Below, piece after piece: positions 36,419 to 48,200 of a stretch of DNA of 64,000 nt (the first letter of the stretch is position 1; the number at the start of each line of letters is the position of its first letter). Source of the DNA: Fimbriosthenelais zetlandica (taxonomy: Eukaryota); contig OZ365109.1 in NCBI GenBank assembly GCA_977030845.1, positions 16,430,001 to 16,494,000 on the forward strand. Direction: 5' to 3'. A program made the position numbers and the translations under genes. The notes beneath the pieces were generated by a model that was given only the letters and a program-made list of their open reading frames with translations, was not told the DNA's origin and ran no database searches.

Positions 36419-39400
36419 AACAAGAACCGATGGCTTTGGTATTCAGAATGGAATGACCGGCCAAACTGACTAGCGCTACCAATTCAATGTAATGGGACCA
36501 CTCGCATAAATGATTCTCTATAAAGGGCTATCCTACTTCTTCATGCCACGGTTTATGTCCTTCCTGTTGGGTTTTATATCTGTCACGTTTAGTGATACAT
36601 GATTATTGGAATGAGCTGAAATGAGCCCATCCATGGTGCTTGATTGGAAGCAATAGCTGTATGAGAGCCTGCGAGAAGGGTTCCTGATGGTCAATTTTGA
36701 GCATTACTTCTGACACTAATGTAACTCATTTCAGGACCAGTCACGTTGTTTTATGGTGACAGACACACCTTCTGTACTGGGGGCTATCTAAATCAACACT
36801 ATGGCTTCATCTGACATCCTAGGATTCAGAGGGCAAACTGCCCGCAGCCAGAAAACAGATCGCTGTTGATGTCATTTCCAAGGAAAGATTCAATTTTCTA
36901 AAATCTCTGTTAAAATAGTCAGCCCTGAGAGACGTTTCTGGCTATGATTCTTTCATGCTGCGCTACTCAACGGACGTTGTTCTTCCTTCTGGGCACTAGT
37001 TTTTAAACAAGTTTTTCTATCTGCTAGGATTTCATCTGCTCAATTGAACTTTCGGAGCAGTAGTTACTGCTTCCCCATTTAAAGCAAGTTCTTAATAGTT
37101 GTGTAATCGTGTTTTTATTCAACTGTAGTTGACAAGAGATAGTCAATATTCATCCGAATTTGTCTTCATGTTGGGCTGCAAACAGTTATAACCTATATTA
37201 TTACCTCCATAATATATCTATTCTCTCGGTCGAAATCCTGGCCTGGCCATCAACCATATAAATATACACCAGGGGAACTGAAAAGCTTTGGTAGACACTT
37301 TTGGAAGAAGACCTTTCGTCGGATTTAATGAAAAGGATTTTTCTCTCAGTTTTCATTTTCCTCTGACAGTTGCTGGAAGCATTGTAACATCAAACCATTG
37401 AGCTATGGTTAAGATCAAACCTACGAACCCTGGCTTTAATGATATCATCTACTCGGCCCAGCTTCCATATTTATCATCATCGGTCTTCCCAGCTCCATAA
37501 TTATCTGACATTACTCCAGTGCTCCAGACTTCCTATATCAAGATTCAATATAGCTCATATAGTGGACGCCTGGAACTTTATAGGGAGGGATTAAGTGGAT
37601 CTTATAACTAGTTTCACACTTAGATTACGACCGTCCTTTATGTTATTCCTTTACAGGCTTGCTTGGCTTTAGTAAGCGGGTCATGCCCCGGCTTGTTCTG
37701 GCTGTGGCGTCAGCCTTGTCCTGCAGTCGGTCATGTACATGTTTTACTTCTTTTTACTTAAAGGTCTTTGGCGTTAGAGGAATTAAGTGAGGGACTGGTG
37801 TTCTTCAGTGTCAACATCACTTTCAGGTGTTACTCTATCTTCAATTTGAGCCTTTATAACTTGTAAAATTTCTATCCATCATTTTGTGTTAACGGAAGGT
37901 TGAGTGATGCATGGTCGCAACTCCTATATGACTTCAGACTGCTGCGTCAATTGCCAATTATATGAGGGCCTTGTCCCAGTTGGTCCTAGATTTTCGGTCC
38001 CAGTTTTATCCAATTTCTATATGTGCATACACTTGTTTGTTATTTTGGGATATATCCCTTGGAAACGTCCCTCAGAACGAGCTATTGGTGGATTAACTCT
38101 CTATTTGAGAATGTTCACTAGGTATTCCTTATTATCCTGACACAGACATATGAGTGTAAGGTAAGAGAAGCGGCTCAGTACTTTGAGAAATACTTAGATA
38201 AAGTCTGTCAGTGGTTTTTGTTGAAGCTTCTCAGGCTTTCACTTTTGTTGTCACTTAGGCAGATTAACGTCATCCTTTTTTTTTGCAAAATTGTTATCTT
38301 GAAGTTTTCTGTCTTTCTCTTTTCATATCCGTCCATTTCTATTCTCATGTCTATAAATCTATAGTATCTCTGTCTCTCCAAAAATTCGTTTGACTATCTT
38401 TATCTGCGAATAAAATATTCTCGACTTTGTCATTTTGTAGCAAGCACTTCCTGTTTTTCCAAGCTGCAATAACCTTCACTTTGGCCTTGGCTTTCACGCA
38501 CGACTTCCTGCACGACCACAATGAAAGCCAAGTCCCCCCACCCCAACAACAACAACACACGCACCCACAATTTTGCTTCCTCCTGCCTTGCTAAACAAGC
38601 TTTTTTTAGCTGACCATAGAAGCAGTCGAAAGTATATACTAACTAAACTTCAAACTTATCAATATGAAAGGAGGAAAAGGCTGTCCTTCAGGTTCATATA
38701 CCAATTGATGAGGTGCAAACTATGAAGGCAAAGGTGAAATGAAGAAAGAGCAGGGCCCGAAACTCAGGGACAAGTGTTGATAATGCAATTTAAGCAATGG
38801 AAAGCTTTTTTCCACTCGATTCCACAGATGATGGCAATACTCGGATACTATACAGTGATGGGATAGTGCAGCAGGATCAATGGGGAAATAAACCAGGCTC
38901 TCTTACCATATATGGCAATGAGGACTATCTCCATTCCTATCTTCAGAGCGGACTGTAAGAGAGGATAGGAAGAGCAAAGGCCTTATGTTAACGAGAGCCA
39001 TGGTGGATCTGCTTGGTTAAAGGGCCCGAGTGAGAGAGCCTGATTTCCTGGATATATGCTCCTATAAGCCCATTTGGCCCTGACATTTGGTTCTCCATAT
39101 AAATAGATCTAATATTGTCTTTCTACATTATAATGTGACTCTTAGATCTTAAAGGGTGTAGTGTATATTTGAGGATAGGGCTAAAAACATGTACATTTAT
39201 GTATGAATGATATTTCTGGGAATGCGTGGGAGAGCTTACACCTGAGCGAGGATGATAGAAAACCTTTCGGGCAAACTTCTTCAAAAGTCACTTGCATGCT
39301 AAATTACAGTATGTAGGCCTAATTCAATGGTATAATTAACTTCCAATAATAATGTTATTGTTACACAGAAAACTGAAGAAATAGCTGTATAATATATTGT

Positions 39401-42400
39401 GCAAGCCTCTAGTCTTTTTACTCCCTTGTGCAATTCATTGTTACTTATACATGTGCGTTGGTTTCTATAGCCTGGTCTCGAGCATGCCCTTGGCTATAGA
39501 GATTGGCCACATTTAGATGGTCTTAATTCCCCCAGACTCATTATACATCAAGTGGAAATTGCATCCCCTCAGGTAGGAAGTGTGACAAACCGGAGGTAGC
39601 GACCACAGCTCCTCCTGGCGTTGACAACCTTGGTAACCTTAGCGAGGAATTGGACGGAAGTGGGCGAGAATTGCAATATTTGGTCAATAGACAGCTGTGG
39701 ATTGGAGGAAGAGAGTCAACGCACTGTGGTCTTATTGGTATTCTCAGCTCAAGCAACCGGAAGTTACGCCATTAACTCAATTGTCTGATGGGAAAAGGAG
39801 ATAAGTAGGCAGGTGACTAACGTGGGTATGAGGCGGATTAGGCGAGTGAAGGAGGGATTTGGAGAGCATATTTGCATGCCCGCTGGCTCATTATGCCAAG
39901 CCATTAATAAACATTGAATCTTCATCACCTCTTGTCACAATGGGCCTGTTATCACAGGGTCAAAGTGTCTCCGATTATTAAAGACGGAGAGAAGTATTAT
40001 ACAGATCAACACTGTTCACAGCACTTGTGCATAACATTTTATATCAAACATAGGCCTATATATAATTCTTTAATATCTTCCAGCCATAATTAACCTCATT
40101 TTGAGGGAGAGTACACAGACTGACATTAAGAATTTGCCCATGAGCAATTCATTCGATCCCCTATACATTAGTAGACTAAAAGATTGAACCTGATGCTCTC
40201 AACCAATTGCCACCTGGGCCAACAGGTGTGTATACAATGTCTCGCACCTGCTTTCATTGTCTATATATACCCTTTATCTGCTTCCATCCCCATGCTGTAC
40301 CAGTCTGGGCATGGGAACAGATTTGCACAACTCAAAGATTTGCTCACAAAATGCTGATCTGCATCGTGTCGACTCTTTTGACAGAGATAGAGACAAAATA
40401 TGAACAGCATATGTTTGAATGAGAACTGTCAATATTCTCTGTATTTATATATCACTCTGCTTTGGCTTCAAGCTGCAATAGGATTCATTTTTTTCACTTT
40501 CAGGTTGCAACAAATTATGTACATTTTATGTACTTCCTATAAGTTAGTTTCTCTTCATGTTTCTTGCATTGATTAATTCATTTTTAGTCAATGGCGAGAA
40601 GAACCAATTATAAGCTGTCGGTGAATGAATGTGAAATTTTATACTTATGCCATTATAAAAAGATGCCAGAATTAGAGCCACCTGGCGGGCATACCTTATA
40701 GTTATTCCGCTAGGGCTATCCACTTATCCTGGTCATAGTATCATACCGAAAGTGTGTGAGGGACTTTTTAGCTGACTTGAGACATAATTGTGTTTGGAGT
40801 GTCGGGGAAAGATCGGCGAGTTCAGAGGAAAAGTTCCAGAAAAAAATATAGGTCATATAAACAAGGGAGCCCCCTGCAAACAGTTGCCCTTGGAAGTAAA
40901 GCAAGGGGCAGCTATATCTCTATGAGGGCGGGAGATTGGCATAGAAACGGGGAAAAAGTGGGATGGAGGGAGATATGGTGATATTTCAGGAGGGGAGCAA
41001 GATACTCAGAAAGTTGGATAAAAGGAAGGTCTGAGAGGGCAATAAAAGCAGTTAGATCACCTCGAGATGTGTTGCTTCGACTTAGGCTGAAATGTCGTGA
41101 TTTTACCTAAACCATCTATATTAAATCCATGCATTACTTGTCTCACCTACTACATGCAATGTTATTTTCTTCAAGAGCAAGACGATTTGATTGATATGGC
41201 TCTTTGTGATTTAACATTGCACAACGCATCATCAAAGATAGGACATGGAGCGAGCAATGCTAAAGATTTCTGTGTAAGAGGCCTATCTATCAACTTAAAA
41301 GCATTTCAAGTTTTCAACCGATTCATTAATCCTCAAATTCCAATAATTAATTTCGGTCTTAAAATCAGGTATGACGTAATGCCAGTATTTCTGTCTCACC
41401 ATCAAGGTTTTATACTGACATTGATACATGATGATATATTTTAAAAGAATTATTAAACTTTGATCTTTATACAGTATATATTATGAATATTTATGATAGG
41501 CTGACATATATTCTATATTCATTCTCATATACATTAATTTAATTATTATGTGTAGGCAGATCTATTATGAGTTGTTTTCCTGGTAATGATTTATTTAATC
41601 CCTTTCCTCGGGATTTTCTTCGCATTACTTTTTTCCATATAAAAATATCACATATCTTTATCCCTTCTTAGCCAGTAATATGAATCTTTGACCACATATC
41701 ATGTTCCTCGGTTATTTTAGACCGGGTTCTAGGACTTTGAGGGTGATGAAGATTTTCTATTCTTCACCAAATCCCATTATCAGGGAACTTGCTCTCTTGC
41801 CGAGTAGGCGTGGGTTAATTTGCCTCAGTAGCTCCCTCATGCTGATTCCGGAAGTGAATGGAACAGAGGAGGTCCTAAGAATACGATAGGTAACTTATCC
41901 CAGGAAATATAGGTCGGGGCAGGAGGCAGCAAGGTCTTCTGATGGTTTAAAACTAATCCATCACCATTGTATATGATAGGTCGAGCTTAACATGTTCTAT
42001 ATTCTCACCATGAGAGCAGCTCCATTTGCTCACAGAATGAGTCAATTAACATTGCCAGAGTGTTTTCTGAAGAGTGTATGGGGGTATTTTTTGTATCATA
42101 TATGCTTTATTTCATTTTTCACACACGGGCGACCGAAGTTCTTGTGATCATTAGGTGGAGATTCTTTGCAGAAGCGTAAGATTTTATTGTATAAAAATGT
42201 ACTTAAAATCTGCAGGAAAGTGAAGTTTCTAAAAGGAATTCCTCCTGCCATGCTGAGGACATTAACGAGTAGAACAATGCGAATCTATAATTTAAGGCAC
42301 TCAGGAAGGTGTCTCCTGACATTGAAATATAAAATAACTTTAGGAGAAAGTTGTGCCTTCTATAAGTGAAATTTGAATGAAAATCGTATTTGTTCAAAAC

Positions 42401-44059
42401 AAACAGAGAATTCAGGAGAAATAAATAATTATGGACATAGTTTTTGTCTATAAAGTATATTTCTCCTATATGAGGTACAAAGTTGATTCAAACTCCTAAT
42501 GTTTGAAAGATGAAAATTATAACAGCGATTTTTCCGATATATGTGATGAATATCTTGGTGCGTCTATCACCAAATCTTTGCCTATCTTGATACGTCTATG
42601 CATGGGACACAATGTTATATTTAGTTGGAGTTTTCCTTTATAGAAAAACACCCGACCCCCGGGATCGATGCATTGATAGACCTGCATGGGTTTCATAACT
42701 CCCACAAAAAAGGAGCGCCACATTAAAAAAAAATATTCTGCCACATTATAGAGCTTTTCTACATTAGTCCCTTGACCTGTGTTACCATATTTTCTATGTT
42801 TTATGGGATGGAAATTCCGGTATCAGTTCCGCCAGCATTTTATGGGTCTTTATGAAACGGGCACCTGGGGCCTGTTTCAAAAGGAATATTAACCCCGGAT
42901 CGAGTCAACTGTACGATCTTTGAGGACGCCGATTTGCGTGATCGGCACAGATCACACAAAAATCATTACGGATTAGCCACGTCCACTATCTGATCAGGAT
43001 CTGATTTTGATTTTCCATTTTCGATTTTGTCCCAGTTTTGCCTCCTGCATGCTCATAATATTATTAAAATGTACCTGTTTTCTGTTTTTGCCTTCTTTAA
43101 GGATGTATAAGTCGGGGCCGGGGAACACTGGGAATCACTCAGCAAATTGGCAAGAAGAAAAGAGAGAGTGGGAGGAGGGAGGGGAGGATAAAGGAGGGGG
43201 TGAGAGACTGCCGGATTTAGCCTGATCATCTGAACGGATTTTTATTTTTCTCCAGATCGCCTGTGACCGCTTAAGATCCCAAAATCGAGATAAAAATCGG
43301 GCCAGTGAACTCCAGGCTTTAGCATTGCTAATATTTCATTTTGAAACTGTTTCAGAAATTGGACATACACGTATACTTAGCTAGCATTGGCAATAAGAGA
43401 ATTTACCTTTCCTTTTGAAACGAGCCCTGACATAATTATAGGTTTCAAAATGTATTATGCAAAACTTCCTTTCATGAATGGGTATCGCTCCGAGAAGAAT
43501 GTTCATGGATTCACATCTCCTGTGTGATAAAACTTGTATAAACCTACTCAGGAGGCTATCCATCAAAATCCTGATATATATATATATGTATACATAGGCC
43601 TTCACATAGGCCTTCACACAAGGTATGCAGTCTGTGGCTTTCATTGGTACCCTCATGGTTCATAATATACCATCTAAGATCGATGAATACCTGCATCAAG
43701 ACCTTGTGGACCATAGAGCGATGCATCATGGAGACCCCTTCTCATTCTCTGCTCTCTCAGGAAAAATGATACCATTAAGCATTTAGATAAAGGGGAAATT
43801 GGACACGTTGGCCATAATGATTGAACCCCAAAGGTAAAGTCGAGGTTCTCAGAATGGCTTCCGTAATTGCGACGTTTTTTTAAACATCGGAAGCAATCGA
43901 GGCAGCCCTGCAGGTTGGTAGAGATCCTCTCTGACTACAATGGAGAAGATTCTTTTCAAAGTATTATTACTTTTTGAGAACACCTGATAAATATTGGTGG
44001 TATGCATCGTTTTGACATCATTTTGCCAAAGAAATCCCTCTTGTTTTCAAAGTAAAGTT

Positions 44060-44120
44060 GCCCACACACTAATCCAATTCTCTATCCGATAGCTGTCAGA
44101 TGGCGACGGATTGTGTGGGC
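44060..44120. repeat. Short hairpin related to the 11788-11970 element
   Basis: GCCCACACACTAATCC...GGATTGTGTGGGC, sharing CACACTAATCC.ATTCTC and ATCCGATAGCTGTC with that element. Confidence 0.5.
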
Positions 44121-45180
44121 ATCTAAAACATATAACATATAAAATATAGCTTAACATATACAATATGAAACCGCTCAGACGGTTGTTAATCTTTCTGAAT
44201 AAAAGGATTTACAAGATATAACCATTAAGAAATGCCTTTTAATTTGGATGATTACTATTTTTCCCGTTGATTTATGCACCTGAGCATAGTTTTGTCTCTG
44301 TGATCTTCAACCTTAATTAAGATTTAATTCCGATGAGGAAAAGATGATAATTCACTGGAATGAAATTTTGTTTAATAACTTAACCAAAGAAACTACCAAA
44401 GACCAATTTCCCATGGTCATCATCATTTGATTCTGTTTCTTATTGGCTGTAGGCCTGCATAAGGTCGCTTAAAATAATATTTGGGAGAGTATAGTACGGA
44501 ATCTGAAAGCAATGTCACGGTTTCTGTTCACATGGCATTATGGATGTAAACTTTATCTTTATTGATATAACACAGCAACCAACCTGCCCGCTGCTTGAAC
44601 ACAAATCACGGCTAGACATTGGAGAGCTATCCTAATAATTGACGGTCATTACTCATCCCTGATTAAATTATCAACAATATTGGAAATAGTATCTGTCTAC
44701 TCTGCGTCTGCCATCCTCCACGCCTATAATAAGAGGGGAGTGGCTCTCACCTTGTTCTTTCTGTCACCACATTCATAATAATATTCCTTTTAGCACACAA
44801 TCCTTTAATTTTAAGTTCTCTTATATTTTCGTTATAAATGGAGGGAAATACGGTAGTTTCTTTCACTACTCATGAATCTCATTTTTTATCAAATCGATCA
44901 TAATATTCATGTGTTTTCTTATCTGTATATGCCATGTTTTGAGAGAACTGGGGGACCATCTGATTGAATGAAGGTTTGTTGATTCGGTCTACAGCAGAAA
45001 CGTAAATAATATAGAGGCTGATTCTGCACCTAGACCTAGAAGGCTGGTAATATTTACATTATATAATAGCTTGACCTATATAATAGCTTGAGACTGAGTT
45101 GGTATTAGTCTAAAATTGACTTAAAATTAAACAGATGCAATTTGACCTTGAACTCTGAGAGAACTAATGAGATGGCTAAA

Positions 45181-45245
45181 TGGTGACGTCACAGTTATGG
45201 TGAGGTCACAATTATGATGACGTCACAATTATGGTGATCGACGTC
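45181..45245. repeat. 17-bp tandem repeat (3.5 units) carrying CRE palindromes
   Basis: TGGTGACGTCACAGTTA / TGGTGAGGTCACAATTA / TGATGACGTCACAATTA / TGGTGATCGACGTC. Confidence 0.75.
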
Positions 45246-48200
45246 CAGAGAGCCCCTGCGTCGTGGACCAGCATGTCCAAGTCATATTCAATTTGATAAA
45301 TCCTATTGCATTCTTGCCATGAATACCTTATTTATCTAGAATAGGCTGGGATATCCATGCTGTCGCCGAGGCAAAATATAAAGTCGTTGTTTATCAACAA
45401 TTATTCCTGTTTTGTCTGCACTGGTTAAACCTGCCCGAGTTTCTTTTCACTGTTTTTTTTTCATCTCTCCAGTCCATATGGCCACGCTATATAATCCACC
45501 TGTTCCTCGGTTTACCTATTTTTCCTTCCTCTTCCGATAGAGTAAAAAATGTGTGGATTTGATCCTACATTTTACAGACCCAGCTGCCCAAATTGTGATC
45601 AAATTTCCTGAGGGATTAGGCCATCTTCTTCATTTTTCTAGCGTTTTACTTCTTCAGGGACTTAAGTGCCATTATTTCACTACGTAGGCTATTCTAGGTC
45701 TAATTCTATGGAACCCAATCACACAGATTGATTTTACCATGATGATTATAGGCCTACTCCAGAGAAGTGTTCTAGATACTTCTTTTTGTCATTTATGCTA
45801 ATTTAAGGAGATGGTGCATGCGTTAGGCAATCATGCTGCTCTCTCCCTACCCGAAGTAAACATCAAAGGGTCCTTCAAAATGGGAGGGCCACAGTTTGTT
45901 TGGTCAACAAGGTCTTGCTGGATGTTGTACCCTTAAAGCCTGCTGCACATGCAAGTTTTATCTCTTGATGCTGATCATCATTGTAGTTCCAGATATAAAT
46001 AGTGCCAGTAATGTGTAATGAATAAATGAATGATTGATTGAATGAATGAGTCAATATTTTACTATGTAAAGAATCTCAAAATATTACACACAACACTTAC
46101 TTAATCTCAATGTGCATTCTTATTTTCTGGCCACGGCCACTTAACTGAGATCTGAGATCATTTTACGATTAGGACTAAATTTTAATCAGATTGACTAATT
46201 GAATTATGATCGTCAGAGAGGTTGCTGTCAAAGTGACCCTTCTCATTGTAATGTTCCGGTTTGAAGCTACTCAGCGTGGAATTAGCCGGAAGCCACTCTA
46301 ATTCCGAGTCATGAACACCACGTTATTTGAGAAGCTTATTAAGCTATTTGATTACATCGTTAATGCATTAATTTCATTTAAGGAAGAAATCGCTTCAACA
46401 TGTAGTCTGCCACACTAGATGGGCGAAAATTGATGGATAGTAAAAAAATTATAGTGATCTGCACATTATTCGTCTACACATAGTTCTTTCTATAGTTCTT
46501 TCTATTGATAAAAATCTTTAGATTAAATACATTGGTAAAGCTCTTTTCCTTTGAATACTTATCCTTCACATATATGATAATGCCTTTGATCAAGGCCTCA
46601 TAAAAGAAAGTCCCCTCTAGGTTTATATACAACAGTATAAAAGCCGTTTAAACCTTTGGGGTATAGTATATCCGCAATAAGTCTGACCTGGTGGCTATAT
46701 CATCTTCTGCACAGATAACGTATCATCTGACAGCTTCAGAAAGTAAGGTGGGATCCCTGGGAGATTCTCATTCTTATCCCTATCGAGGGTCACACTGGTA
46801 CGGCCTGGGCCAGGATGAACTGGCTCAGGAAGCAGACTAGTTCTTCATCCAGTGACTCTTTTTCTTCTTTATCTTCGCAAAGTCTTCTAGCTTATTTTCC
46901 TTTTTGCATTGGAAAATCTCCATTCAATTTGTCAATAGGCTACGCAGATTGAAAGTATTTGTTATATATAATGTACGTAGGACCCTAGCTGCCATTTAGG
47001 TAAACTTTTCTTAAGCTAGCGGAACTGATTGATTCTGAAATTTACGCATAAAATTGTCTAAACATACCGTACAATAATATACGGCCAAAGCCATTTTCTA
47101 TCCAGCTCAAAGTGTGGCTGATGTCTACTTAAATTAGTACTACTATATCATTAATGATGGTATGGCGCCTCTAGTGACACCTTCCTATCATAAACATTCC
47201 TGTTGACAATACCTCGGACCGTGTTCTTCAATGTTTATGAAGCCCTCGACAGTCCAGATGGAGTCATACATATTAATCGACTGTAAGCTGAAGGAGTTTT
47301 ATCAGGGCCCGAGAAAATTGTCAATGACAGGCTCTTTGGTCCATTACAGAATCGAGTAGAGCTGTTGTGTTTGGAGGTGGAATGTTGCCCAAGTGAAGTG
47401 GCTCTGTCCACGGGACGTGAGCCAGAGCTAAGGGCTTACGGTCAGCTCTTTACTTTACATTATTAGGTGGGGTCAGCTGCATGTGAAGGAAGTGGCCATT
47501 GTGACATTGCAAAATTGTTTATAAGGAACCAGGTAACATTCTGTTGCGTTTTCTGATCTTTGAAGTTGTGTGAATGTCAAAAATAGAAGCATAATAAAAT
47601 AATAATCAATCATGTGCACATAATGTGCACAACCCTTCTAAAAGTGGCATTATTATGCTATAATTTGAGTTTGTTTTATATGTCAGATTATTTCTCGGTT
47701 GTTGGTACTCCTGTTAAACGCCTGGCCAGCGATGCGCACATGCAGGAGAAATCGAATATTCCCAAAGGCTAAAACCTCTCAGGAGTTTCTCTCTTCTGAG
47801 GGACTTGCCAGTATGAGTTTATGTATGCCTTCAATTGTCATGGATTTCCTACAGGATTTGTTATCCACTGTCCAATATATTCCCAAACGTCCTCACTATT
47901 AGCAGCAAATGGATCTGGGTGTACAGTAAGCAAACTCTTCTCGACCACTTCCTGCAACTATTGAATGGAGAAAGCAATTAGTTCAATTGCTCAGCAAGCG
48001 CCAGCTGCAATAATTACAAAAGGCACAGTGTTAGAACCTAAGGCATGTGGAGCTTATTTGTTGGTAACACAATCATGCAATTTTTTTTGTATTAAATTCA
48101 AGACTTGTGAAAAAATATTTTAAAATATTTATTAATTTTCATATATAATTGGAAACATTGTACATATTGATATATATAAGTGTAGCAAAGTGTAGCAAAT

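Noticed and set aside
39545-39780. LDL-receptor class A-like motif (GNCIPSGRKCD)
   Set aside because: Lacks the remaining cysteines and acidic motif, with no convincing splice sites.
41097-41444. 115-aa plus-strand ORF
   Set aside because: Better explained as the antisense shadow of a decayed minus-strand exon with a GT donor at 41146.
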